Shown here piece after piece: positions 28,268 to 38,782 of a DNA stretch of 64,000 nt (its first letter is position 1; each line of letters opens with the position of its first letter). The notes beneath the pieces were generated by a model that did no database searches, had not been told where the DNA came from, and was given only the letters and a program-made list of their open reading frames with translations. Origin of the DNA: an uncultured Candidatus Saccharibacteria bacterium (lineage in GTDB: Bacteria; Patescibacteriota; Minisyncoccia; Phycocordibacterales; CAIZLB01). The stretch covers positions 7,896-71,895 of the forward strand of contig CAYXQC010000001.1 of the NCBI GenBank assembly GCA_964467385.1, given 5' to 3'. Made by a program: the position numbers and the translations under genes.

Positions 28268-31200
28268 ATGGGTATGCGATTGAATTTTTACATTCAAACA
28301 CTTTTTTTCGTTATAATTCTGGCGGTTTTTTCAGTCGCAATACCAGCTCTTGGAGATGATTCTTTAGTAAAATCTACAGTAAAAAGTGAGTCTCAAAACA
28401 AGAGTCAAAAAGTTTCTCAAAATTTGGCTCAAGTTTCAGCACCGACATCGTCGGTTGTGTATACTCTAAACAATTCACTCTTTAGCGGATTTTTCGGCTT
28501 TGCAAAGACAGTCGGCGGTGCGTTGAAAAATGGATATTCAAATACTGTTGAAGCTACTACAAATCTGATTCAGCCACTTTTTAATCGTGATAACTCAGTT
28601 GTAAATTCTTCATCACAAAATTCTAAAAATTCTACATCGAGAAATGCGAATAAAAATGCATCAAATACCTCGAGTACTTTTTCAAAAGTTGGGACAAGTT
28701 CATTTGTAAGCTCGCTCGTTTCTCCAGATATTTTCTCGCTCATTACAGGTAAAAATAATTTTTATGGAAATAAAGACGGTGTGAATGCTAATAGTGATTC
28801 TGGTTCTGACTCAAGTGCCAATTCAGAAACAAGAATTATTTACGTGAATGCAACACCTACTCTGTCTGACAGTTTCGACGATTCTGGGTCTTCAAAGACC
28901 GTTATTCAAACTACTGCAGTTGATCGATACTTGATTCAAAGCATATTAGCCAGACTTGAAAGAGTTGAGGAGACTCCTCGAACGATTGTAAATAATATTT
29001 CAAATACATACTCAGGAACGTCGAGTGGGGGTGGTATCTCAGCATCATCATTCAACAGTTTAGCGGATTCTGTATCACGTGCGCTAGATGAGTTTAGACG
29101 AGGCTCAATCGAACCTGCTATTAGTTCTGCAACCGCTTCACTTACCACAACTAACGTGAGTGAAGGTTCAAACCTGTACTTTACTGACTCAAGAGCTGAT
29201 GCTCGTGCAGACTTACGATTTGCAGAAAATCTTGGCTTGGCAACTTCGACTATACAGGCGATGGTTCCTTCAACTTCAATCTCTACTTCTACAATTCGTG
29301 GAATGTTTTCTTCTAATGAATCTACGCTTTTGTATAACAATAGCACTGGGGTCTTTGAACTTGCTGCTGGATATAACATTCCTCTCACTGCATCTACAAC
29401 AGAATGGTCAGCGAAGATTTCGAGCCCTTGGAGAATGGCAGGATCGAATAACATATACTCGGCAAGTTCAACAGCTCCGATCTCCGGGTCGAATAACTTC
29501 TTCTTTGGTAATGAAGTTGGTGGAGCAGGTTTAAGTACTGGTGATTCAAACTTTTTTGCAGGTGCACAATCAGGATATTCAAACACGAGCGGATATAACA
29601 ATATCGGTATCGGTACAGCTACTCTTGTAAACAATACGGTTGGCTCGGGTAATATTGCGATGGGATATTTTGCTGGTCGGTCTATAGACTCAGGGCACGA
29701 TAACATTTTTACAGGAAATCAGGCTGGTTACAGTACAAACATTGGGTATGAAAATATTATGTCAGGTACATCTGCTGGATACAGCAACACTTCTGGTACT
29801 TACAATGTTTTCCTTGGATACGGTGCAGGTGATACAAACATTGATGGTAGTTACAACATTGTTATTGGTAAAAATGCAGATGTGGGTTCAGCTTCACTTA
29901 TAAATGCTGTAGCAATAGGTCACTTTGCTGTTGCGGATAGATCTAACTCAATTATTCTTGGTGGGACAGGTGGATACGCTGTGAATGTTGGTATTGGTAC
30001 AAGTACACCTGATTCTACATTGAGTGTTGTTGGAAGTGGATCGTTTACGGGTAATGTGACAGCTAATGCTTTTTATGGGGATGGGTCAAATTTGACTGGT
30101 ATCACTTCATTTTCGACTTCAACAACTCGAAGTGTGTTTTCATCGAGCGCAACGGGACTTACGTATACAAATTCAACAGGAGATTTTTCTCTCACTTCTG
30201 GATACAATATTCCACTCACAGCATCTACAACAGAGTGAGTAAGTTCATATGCAAATCGTATAACGAGTGCTTCTTCTCCTCTTTCAATTTCATCTAACGC
30301 AATTTCAATTAGTCAGGCAGGTGCTTCACAAAACGGATATCTCTCATCAACTGACTGGAATACATTCAATGATAAAGTTTCAAGTCAGTGGACAACTTCT
30401 GGTTCAGATATTTCATACACATCCGGAAAGGTTGGTATAGGAACATCGTCACCAAGTGCCGATCTTGCAATCAAAATGCAGTCTGCGTCATCAAGAGGTA
30501 TTATATTGCAGACAGCGTCAGGACAAACTGCTAATATCTTTGAAATTCTTGACTCGAGCTACACGCAACGATTTTATATCACACCATCGTATGCGGTATT
30601 GATGAACGTATCAAACGGGACATTCAGTACAACATCACCAGCTTTGACTGTTAAGCAAACAACTCTTTTTGATACTGGGGCAGCAGGGACTATCGGTGTT
30701 GCAATCAAGGGGCGAACTTCACAAACTGCAGATTTGCAACAGTGGCTTGATGTAAATAACACAATTTTGGGTGTTGTAAATGCGAGCGGTGCACTCGGCC
30801 TTGGGTCTTCTACTCCGGCTGCAAAACTCGCAATCACCGGTACATCTGGTGCAACAACTGACTTATTTGCAATTGCATCGTCTACGAATGCAAGATTGTT
30901 TACGGTTACTAGTGCGGGAAATGTAGCAATTGGGGGATCTCAAATTACTATTGGTGGAATAAATGCTGTAAGTTACAGTGCTGGTAATTTCTTTGATATT
31001 GGTTCAGGAGGAGGCACTTCTTCGAGTGTGAGAATTTGTCGACCAGGATCAGGTCTTTGTCAAATAGTAATTGGTATGACTGGGGGCATTAATGATAATA
31101 TTTATCTAAATCAAGATAATACCGGCATGGTTGCAATTGGAACAAGCTCACCAGCTGCAAAATTATCTGTGACAGGGAGTACTTCTGGTGATTTACTAGA

Positions 31201-32950
31201 TGTATCATCGACAACAGGATCCTCTTTCTTAAGAGTTACTTCTGCAGGAAAGGTAGGAATCGGTACAACAACTCCCGCTTACAAACTCACTGTATTTGGT
31301 ACGACATCTGTTAACGCAATTAACTTGAGTGCGGCGATCTCTGGCGCGACAAATGGTGAATATCTTACATATGATGGAACAAGACTTCTTAAGGCTGGTA
31401 CTGCATCTGAGGGAACTCTTTATCTTGGTCTCTCAGCTGGGGTTAGTTCAGTGATTGGAGGTCAGTACAACACCGGAATTGGTCATGAGGCAATGAACAC
31501 TACAACGACTGGTGGTAACTATAACTCTGCGCTTGGGTATCAAGCTCTGTACAAAAATAGTTCTGGTGATGCAAATACTGCAATCGGTGCATCAGCGATG
31601 AGCGCTGCAACGATGGGAAGCTTTAGTTCAACATACAATACTGCTTTGGGTTACAGTGCGGGTTCAGGTCTCACAAGCGGAAGCAATAACCTGTTTATAG
31701 GTTCAAGAAGTGGAACTAATATCACAACGGGAAGTAAAAATATTACCATTGGCGAAAATATTAGTGCAGCGTCATCAACTGCTGATAATCAGTTAAATAT
31801 TGGAAATATTATTTACGGTACAAATATAGATGGGACAGGCTCGACATTATCAACTGGTAGTATTGCCATTGGTACATCAAGTCCTGCACGAATACTTCAT
31901 GTTGTTAGTACTGCAGATAATAATGCTATGATTCGAGTCGGCTCTGCTATTTCTCCATCAAGTTATGCGGAGTTTGGAAGATCCTCGGGGGCTCCTGCAT
32001 ATGGTGCAGGAATCTGGCTTGGGTCTGTCCAACAAGCAAACTTTAGTCAGACGGGAGGTCTCTCTTTGGGAACTTATGTAAATCAAAACCCACCAACTTC
32101 AGGGTTGATTGTGAGTGGATATGTAGGCATCGGTACAACAACCCCAGCCTTTCCGCTTGATGTGTATGCAAGTGTAACTTCGACTGAATCATATGGTTAC
32201 CTCAATTCATCTGGACTTGTTGGGACCTCATCGGGTGCAAATTCATATTCACTTAGAGCGCAAGGAAGAATTATTGCACCAGAATTTAACGCTGTATCAG
32301 ATGCTCGACTCAAAGATGTGCAGTTTGATCTTAGTCCAGAGGTTGCACTTGAAGCAATTACAAAACTACGACCGGTTTCATTTACATGGAAAGACAACCC
32401 AACTGGTCAACCGGTTCTCGGTCTCTTGGCACAGGAAGTTGAAGTTGCTATTCCAAACGCTGTTTCAAAAATCGCGACAGATAAGTTTAGTGACCAACGA
32501 GAAGTTTCTTACAACCAAATTGTTGCCGTAATGATTGGTGCGGTTAAAGAGTTGAAAAAACAAGTTCAATCTATCAAGACACAACTTGCAAATGTAATGG
32601 TGTGGTTCGGCGCTGATGGTGACCGTCTCAATGTAAAAGGTATGGTATGTGTAGATGATGTATGTGTTACAAAAGATCAGTTTAAGCAACTCCTTATCAA
32701 CTCAGGTTCTGTTATGATTGCTCCACAAAGTGAACAGAATAATGCTGGAGCAGGAGAAGCTGATACTACCTCTAGTGATACAAACAGTGGTAGCTCAACA
32801 GATACAAGTGACACATCTGCAGAGTACCCAGAGACTGACTCTGGTACGACTAGTGTTTCAGAAAGTGATCAACAAGATAACCCGGAAAATGTTTCAGAAG
32901 TTCCGCCTACATCGAGTCCTGAGCCAACCGAATCAACTCCTTCTGTCTAG
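28268..32950 (+). CDS. Giant secreted S/T/N-rich surface protein with GIGT(S/T)xP repeats and a C-terminal tail-fibre-like intramolecular chaperone domain (peptidase S74-like, SDARLKDV...). The reading frame is interrupted by one in-frame TGA at 30236-30238.
   Basis: Track ORFs 28268..30238 and 30476..32950 are in the same frame. The 79 codons between them contain no stop and continue the repeat pattern (SGKVGIGTSSPSADLAIK). An N-terminal signal/TM is present. Confidence 0.6.
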
Positions 32951-33052
32951 TATCGCGGTGTAGGCCTATCCAGATATATACATATATATAGTATGAATAT
33001 CTTGGTATACTAAGAGGGTAATTAATCCATTAACCCAGAACATACAATATAT

Positions 33053-34099
33053 ATGAGTGAATCAAATACAGGCGGAGCAAAAAAAGTAGCAATTAACGGT
33101 GGGGGACGAATCGGGCGAGCATTTCTCAAACTCGCAGTTATGGAACCTTCACTTGAGGTGGTTGCTATTAATGACCTTGCAGATATTGGAAACATTGCGT
33201 ACCTCATGAAATATGACAGTGCATATGGACGGAGCGGTCTTGATATTAAAGTAGATAAAGAAAAAAATTCTTTCATCATCAATGGAAAAGAAGTTAAGTA
33301 TGTAAGTGAAAAAGATCCTGCGAACCTTCCATGGGGAGCTCTTGGTGTAGATATTGTTCTTGAGTCAACAGGACTTTTCACTTCATATGAAAAGGCAAGT
33401 GCACATATCAAAGCTGGAGCAAAGCGAGTCGTTATCTCAGCTCCATCAAAAGACGAAGCTGGTGCACAAGAGGCGGTAACAGTTCTCATGGGTATCAACA
33501 CTCCTGACATGCCAAAGTGTGCTGTGTCATCAAATGCATCATGTACAACAAATGCAGCATCGCCACTCATTTCTATTCTCAACGAAAAAATTGGTATTGA
33601 AAAAGCTATTTTGAATACGACTCACGCATATACAGCAAGTCAGGCGCTTGTAGATGCTCCAAACAAAAAAGATTGGCGAGAAGGAAGAGCTGCCGCAATG
33701 AACATGGCTCCATCATCAACTGGTGCAGCGAAAGCGGTGACGCAGGTTATTACAGAACTCAAAGGAAAATTTGATGGTATTGCTGTGCGAGTACCGGTTA
33801 TTACAGGTTCACTTGTTGATGTGACATTTATTGCAAAGCGAAATACAACAGTGGAAGAGGTAAACCAAATACTTCGAAACGCTGCAGCAAGTACAAACTG
33901 GAAGGGTATATTTGATGCAACAGATGAAGAATTGGTGTCACGAGATATTGTAGGAAATCCACATGCTTCTATTGCCGACCTTAAAATGACACGAGTAGTA
34001 GACGGAAATCTTGTAAAAGTACTTGCATGGTATGACAATGAAGGTGGGTATACTCATGCGCTCGTCCAGCATGTGGTTGAGGCAGGTAAGTTGATATAA
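33053..34099 (+). CDS. gap: Glyceraldehyde-3-phosphate dehydrogenase
   Basis: INGGGRIGR NAD-binding motif, ASCTTN catalytic Cys block. Confidence 0.9.
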   Translation: MSESNTGGAKKVAINGGGRIGRAFLKLAVMEPSLEVVAINDLADIGNIAYLMKYDSAYGRSGLDIKVDKEKNSFIINGKEVKYVSEKDPANLPWGALGVDIVLESTGLFTSYEKASAHIKAGAKRVVISAPSKDEAGAQEAVTVLMGINTPDMPKCAVSSNASCTTNAASPLISILNEKIGIEKAILNTTHAYTASQALVDAPNKKDWREGRAAAMNMAPSSTGAAKAVTQVITELKGKFDGIAVRVPVITGSLVDVTFIAKRNTTVEEVNQILRNAAASTNWKGIFDATDEELVSRDIVGNPHASIADLKMTRVVDGNLVKVLAWYDNEGGYTHALVQHVVEAGKLI

Positions 34100-34103
34100 A
34101 TTC

Positions 34104-34646
34104 ATGAATATCTTCATCGCTTCAGATCACGCCGGTTTCAAACTCAAGCAATTTTTGATTGGTTCACTTTCTGAAATTGGCCATACGGTCGTTGACTGTG
34201 GTGCCTATGCTGAACATCCAGGTGATGATTATCCACCTTTTATTGCAAAAGCAGCCCGAGCAGTTTCGGAAGCTGAAGCTGTGAAAATTCAAAATGAGGA
34301 TGCGGCATCATATCTTGCAGATCATCGACGAGAAGAAAATGAAACGCGGGGAATTGTAATTGGTGGATCGGGAACTGGAGAAGCGATAGTTGCTAACAAA
34401 TTTCCTCATGTACGAGCTGCGCTTTGTTATGGTGGGGAGCAGGCTAGTGAAATCATACGACTCAGTCGTGAGCATAATAACTCAAATGTACTTTCATTAG
34501 GTGCTCGTTTTCTGGCAGAGGATCAATCACTTGAGCTTGTAATCGAATGGCTTAATACTCAGTTTTCTGGGGATCCAAGACATGTACGGAGGATTCATGA
34601 AATCGACACGCTTGAGCATGATAGAAAAATAAATTTGTATGAATAA
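34104..34646 (+). CDS. rpiB: Ribose-5-phosphate isomerase B (RpiB/LacAB family)
   Basis: MNIFIASDHAGFKLK N-terminus and GIVIGGSGTGEAIVANK block. Confidence 0.8.
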   Translation: MNIFIASDHAGFKLKQFLIGSLSEIGHTVVDCGAYAEHPGDDYPPFIAKAARAVSEAEAVKIQNEDAASYLADHRREENETRGIVIGGSGTGEAIVANKFPHVRAALCYGGEQASEIIRLSREHNNSNVLSLGARFLAEDQSLELVIEWLNTQFSGDPRHVRRIHEIDTLEHDRKINLYE

Positions 34647-35379
34647 TATAACTCCTGTTACACAAAAAATTACGCCAGCTATATTGCCGAAAAGTTTCAG
34701 TGAACTTGAAGAAAAATTGAGACTTGTAGTTGAAGTGGGTAAGTCTGATTGGGTGCAAATCGATGCGGTTGATGGGATCTTTGCAAAAAATAAAACATGG
34801 CCATACCAGAATGACGAAGAAATGCGTTTCTCAGAGATGATTTATCAAACTGAGTCTTTGCCATATTTGGATCATATAAAATTTGAAGTAGATCTCATGG
34901 TTTCTGATCCACGTTTTGAAGCTGATAAATGGATTGCCGCCGGTGCAAGTCGGCTCGTTCTACATATAGATAGTCTTGATCAGGTTGTATTTGTCGATGT
35001 GGCAAGGAAAATAGCAGCAAAAGGTGTTGAACTTGTACTCGGTTTCGGTCTACATTCTTCTTTTGAAAAATTGCAGTCGTATATAAATTCAGTTAATTCA
35101 TCGGAATCACCAAAAGTGATAAGTGGTATTCAATGTATGGGAATAGAAAAAATCGGTTTTCAAGGACAAGTATTTGAGCTTATCGTACTTGAGCATATTA
35201 GAAAAATAAAAGAAATATATCCAGGACTTTCGGTGTCTATTGATGGGGGAGTAAATATCACAACTGCACCTAAGCTTGTAGAAGCTGGAGTTGATCGGCT
35301 TGTGATTGGATCTGCACTTTTTTCTAAAGATAAAACAGTCGGCGAGTCGATAGATGAATTTTCAGCGCTGTTTGCGTAA
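34639..35379 (+). CDS. Ribulose-phosphate 3-epimerase-like TIM-barrel protein (divergent)
   Basis: Aligns by eye to Rpe blocks: IDAVDG to FDVMDN, DLMV to HLMV, SIDGG to EVDGG, IGSALF to AGSAIF. Both canonical metal-binding His appear replaced (by Gln and Asp). Confidence 0.5.
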   Translation: MNNITPVTQKITPAILPKSFSELEEKLRLVVEVGKSDWVQIDAVDGIFAKNKTWPYQNDEEMRFSEMIYQTESLPYLDHIKFEVDLMVSDPRFEADKWIAAGASRLVLHIDSLDQVVFVDVARKIAAKGVELVLGFGLHSSFEKLQSYINSVNSSESPKVISGIQCMGIEKIGFQGQVFELIVLEHIRKIKEIYPGLSVSIDGGVNITTAPKLVEAGVDRLVIGSALFSKDKTVGESIDEFSALFA

Positions 35380-35492
35380 ATTTCATATCTTTATATAAAT
35401 TGCAGAAAATAATAAAGAAAATAAGAAGCAAAATTGTGAACTCAATTATGAGTTTAATTCGGCTGCAAAGAATTTTTTGCTATACTATACGC

Positions 35493-36374
35493 ATGTCACT
35501 CACTGATGATACTGTACATTTTCTCGAAGAGAAGGCACGCGACATTCGTATCTCTGTCATAGAGATGTTGGCCGAGGCAAGATCAGGTCACTCCGGCGGA
35601 CCACTCGGTATGGCTGATATTTTCAGTGTACTTTTTTTTCATACTCTAAAACACGATCCGAAGAATCCATCATGGAACATGCGTGATCGCTTAGTTCTTT
35701 CGAATGGTCATATTTGCCCGGTACTGTACTCGTCTATGGCGCACGCAGGATACTTTCCTGTTGAAGAATTAAAAACTTTACGTAAGTTTGGTTCACGGCT
35801 CCAAGGGCATCCACATCGAGAATATTTGCCAATACTTGAAACAAGCTCTGGTCCACTCGGATCAGGTCTTTCGCAGGCTGTAGGTATGGCTCTTTCCGAT
35901 AAGATGGATTTTGGAAAAGTCTCCCCAAGATTTATATACTGTCTTCTAGGTGATGGTGAACTCAATGAAGGACAGAATTGGGAAGCTGCAATGCTTGGCG
36001 CAAAAGAAAAATTAGGAAATTTGATTGCAATTATTGATCGAAATAATATTCAAATTGATGGCTTTACAGAGGATATTATGCCACTTTCGCCTTTGTATGA
36101 TAAATGGAAATCATTTGGTTGGCACGTACAAGAGGTTGATGGTCACAATATACAAGCGATTGCTGGGGCGATTCAGGAGGCACAAGCAATTTTTGAAAAA
36201 CCTTCTGTGATAATTGCACATACAATTCCAGGCAAGGGCGTATCGTATATGGAACATCGATTTGAATGGCATGGTACACCGCCAGGGATTTCTGAAATTG
36301 CAGGCGCACCGGAAAAAGCGAAACAAGTGGAGGTGGCACTAAATGATCTTCGATCTGGTATACAAACTCTGTAA
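35493..36374 (+). CDS. tktA_N: Transketolase, N-terminal (TPP-binding) subunit
   Basis: GHSGGPLGMADI and GDGELNEGQNWEA motifs. The ATG at 35493 is preferred over the track start. Confidence 0.85.
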   Translation: MSLTDDTVHFLEEKARDIRISVIEMLAEARSGHSGGPLGMADIFSVLFFHTLKHDPKNPSWNMRDRLVLSNGHICPVLYSSMAHAGYFPVEELKTLRKFGSRLQGHPHREYLPILETSSGPLGSGLSQAVGMALSDKMDFGKVSPRFIYCLLGDGELNEGQNWEAAMLGAKEKLGNLIAIIDRNNIQIDGFTEDIMPLSPLYDKWKSFGWHVQEVDGHNIQAIAGAIQEAQAIFEKPSVIIAHTIPGKGVSYMEHRFEWHGTPPGISEIAGAPEKAKQVEVALNDLRSGIQTL

Positions 36375-36394
36375 AATAAATTTCACCATACAAT

Positions 36395-37435
36395 ATGACT
36401 AACGTCTCACTCAATTCACATATTTTTGAAAAAGATATTAAGGATCTTGAACAAATGCCTATCCGAAAAGGTTTTGGCGAAGGGCTTGTCATTGCTGCAA
36501 AAGCGAACTCTGCAATCGTGGGGCTTTGTGCGGATCTTACAGATTCTACGTTTATGCATCTTTTCAAGAAAGAATTTCCGAAGAGTTTTGTAGAAGTTGG
36601 TGTAGCTGAACAAAATCTCGCATCAGTTGCATCTGGTATGGCTGCCATGGGCAAGCTTCCATTCATCACTTCATATGCCATGTTTAGTCCTGGGCGAAAC
36701 TGGGAGCAGATCCGTACAACTATTTGCTACAACGATAGAAAGGTTATTGTTGTTGGTTCGCATGCTGGTCTCTCTGTGGGTCCTGATGGTGGAACGCATC
36801 AAGCTATTGAAGACATCGCCATAACTCGAGTGATTCCAAATATGACTGTGATCGTACCATGTGACGTGATAGAAGCTAAAAAAGCAACTATCGCACTTGC
36901 AAAAGATAGTCAAAATGGTGGCACTGATAGTCCTGCATATCTTCGTCTTGCTCGTGAAAAATCACCAGTTGTTACAACCGAAGAAACTCCTTTCGTTCTC
37001 GGAAAAGCACAAATACTTTTTGATGCTACTCAAATTTCAGATGATTCTCTTGTTCATGCAAAAGCTGATGTTGGAATCATTGCATGTGGGGTACTCGTAT
37101 ACAAAGCGCTCCGTGTAGCTAAGGCACTCGAGTCTGAGGGTGTAAAAGCGATTGTGATGAATCTTGCCACTATAAAACCACTTGATACTGAAGCAATTGT
37201 TTCGCTCGCAAAAAGAACTGGTTGTATCGTGACAGCTGAAGAGCATCAGGTTGCTGCAGGAATGGGAGGTACTGTTGCTGAATGTTTAGTAAAAGAATTT
37301 CCAGTACCGATTGAGTTTGTGGGAGTTGAAGACACGTTTGGTCAATCAGGTACTCCAGATGAACTCCTCGAGCATTACTGTTTGAGTGAAAGTCACATTA
37401 GAGAGGCTGCTCTGAAGGTGATCAAGAGGAAATAA
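36395..37435 (+). CDS. tktA_C: Transketolase, C-terminal (Pyr plus C-terminal domain) subunit
   Basis: Pyrimidine-binding domain blocks. The split tkt arrangement is known from archaea and some bacteria. Confidence 0.85.
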   Translation: MTNVSLNSHIFEKDIKDLEQMPIRKGFGEGLVIAAKANSAIVGLCADLTDSTFMHLFKKEFPKSFVEVGVAEQNLASVASGMAAMGKLPFITSYAMFSPGRNWEQIRTTICYNDRKVIVVGSHAGLSVGPDGGTHQAIEDIAITRVIPNMTVIVPCDVIEAKKATIALAKDSQNGGTDSPAYLRLAREKSPVVTTEETPFVLGKAQILFDATQISDDSLVHAKADVGIIACGVLVYKALRVAKALESEGVKAIVMNLATIKPLDTEAIVSLAKRTGCIVTAEEHQVAAGMGGTVAECLVKEFPVPIEFVGVEDTFGQSGTPDELLEHYCLSESHIREAALKVIKRK

Positions 37436-37440
37436 AAATA

Positions 37441-37554
37441 AAAAGCTCATTCAAAAATATGTATGCTACGCATGAAATTCTCCAGAATTTTTGCTCTGCT
37501 CAGATAATATTCTGCTAAATATTATCTTCCGCAAGGCATACATATTTTCTCATT
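37441..37554 (-). repeat. Intergenic repeat element, type A (second copy, inverted orientation)
   Basis: Its reverse complement aligns over about 115 bp to 19489-19607. The internal hairpins are preserved by compensatory changes (ataatattt/aaatattat). Confidence 0.65.
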
Positions 37555-37600
37555 AGCTTTTATTGCAGGAAGGAATGTGATTGTACGATCTAAGAATTTT

Positions 37601-38713
37601 TTAGAAAACTCTGATCTGCCAATTTGCTGGGGCGGATTTGATATACGTATCAATCTTTTCACGAGAGAGAAGGCCTTTCTGTGCGCCAATCTCCTGGCAT
37701 ACATTCATGGAGTTAATCGAGCCCCATTTGAGCGCAGTTTCTACATTTTCGCCAAGGGCGATAGCTGAACTGAATGTAGAAGCAAATGCATCACCTGCAC
37801 CTGTTCGCTCTTTTGGTGGAGCGATATCTGGATAAATAGGAAGGTGTGCAACGTGTTCAGTAAGATTTCCGGCTGCATCAGGTCGAGCAATATATGTAAA
37901 TGATCCATGCGGCCCATCGGTGATGATAGGTAGTTTTGGTCCGAGCATTTTCAATTTTGCAAGCAAATCTTTTACGTGTGTATCTTTGATTGTTGCATCG
38001 GTTTCTGTGTTGCCGCTATATTGTGGTGCTTTGATACCGAGGATTAATTCGGCTTCTTCTAAGTTGCAAAAGAAAAGTTCTGTCCTCTTATACAAATCTT
38101 TGAGAGCTTCAGTTCCAAATTTGATCTGATATGTACCTGGTTGGAACACCAGTCGAGTTTCAGGGTTTGCCGCAAGAAAATCAGCGATTGTTTTATGAAA
38201 TGGGAGCGAATGTTCTCCGAGTGAACTCAAATACATCCACTCTGGATTTTTTATTCGTGGCATTGAAAGTGGAAAATCTTCGTGCTTGATGAGAATTGTT
38301 CGCTCGCTTCCAAACCATAGTACATAATGATAATTGGTAAGAAGTCCAGGATGAACTCCAATATACCGAGTTGAAACACCTTCTTTTTCTAGCTGGCGAA
38401 GGCATTTTTGTCCATTTTCATCTTTACCTATATGTGCTACGAGGCCGCTTCCAAGCCCTAGTCGAGCTGCAGCAACAGCAGCGTTTGCGCTATTTCCTAC
38501 GGCGACAACCTCTTCTGCAAATTCAAATGGAAGTTTTGTGCCAAAGACCATACAAAGTTCGGTTGAACCTGTTGTTATATTTTGTGTTTCGTGCGCGTCT
38601 TTTAGTTTAATGAACGCATCGATTACAATATCGCCAATAGCGATGAATTCGGGTTGACTGTTATTAGAAAAAACAGAGCTGATAGGGTTGAAGATTTTCT
38701 TAAAAATACTCAT
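37601..38713 (-). CDS. PfkB-family carbohydrate kinase (ribokinase/phosphofructokinase-like)
   Basis: C-terminal TGAGDAF motif and GG dipeptide region. A start at Met 38713 or 38731 is preferred over 38800 because that would overlap the divergent fba. Confidence 0.65.
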   Translation of the reverse strand: MSIFKKIFNPISSVFSNNSQPEFIAIGDIVIDAFIKLKDAHETQNITTGSTELCMVFGTKLPFEFAEEVVAVGNSANAAVAAARLGLGSGLVAHIGKDENGQKCLRQLEKEGVSTRYIGVHPGLLTNYHYVLWFGSERTILIKHEDFPLSMPRIKNPEWMYLSSLGEHSLPFHKTIADFLAANPETRLVFQPGTYQIKFGTEALKDLYKRTELFFCNLEEAELILGIKAPQYSGNTETDATIKDTHVKDLLAKLKMLGPKLPIITDGPHGSFTYIARPDAAGNLTEHVAHLPIYPDIAPPKERTGAGDAFASTFSSAIALGENVETALKWGSINSMNVCQEIGAQKGLLSREKIDTYIKSAPANWQIRVF

Positions 38714-38782
38714 ATAGTATGAGTATAACATGTGCCACTCAGCCAGTCTGTTAAACAGGCCAATTATGCTATTATTTAGGCT

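Noticed and set aside
28936-29706. 256-aa minus-strand ORF inside the giant surface-protein gene
   Set aside because: Low-complexity repeats keep the antisense frame open. The plus-strand frame carries recognisable repeat and domain structure.
30239-30244. GTAAGT immediately after the in-frame TGA, resembling a eukaryotic 5' splice donor
   Set aside because: This is a bacterial context (tRNA, operons, prfA and so on). There are no group I or group II intron hallmarks (no IEP/RT ORF, no domain V-like hairpin). Coincidental.
28268-32950. Prophage remnant, suggested by the tail-fibre chaperone (S74-like) domain
   Set aside because: No capsid, terminase, portal, integrase or other phage genes are present in the window. 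The domain is embedded in a cellular-type S/T-rich surface protein.
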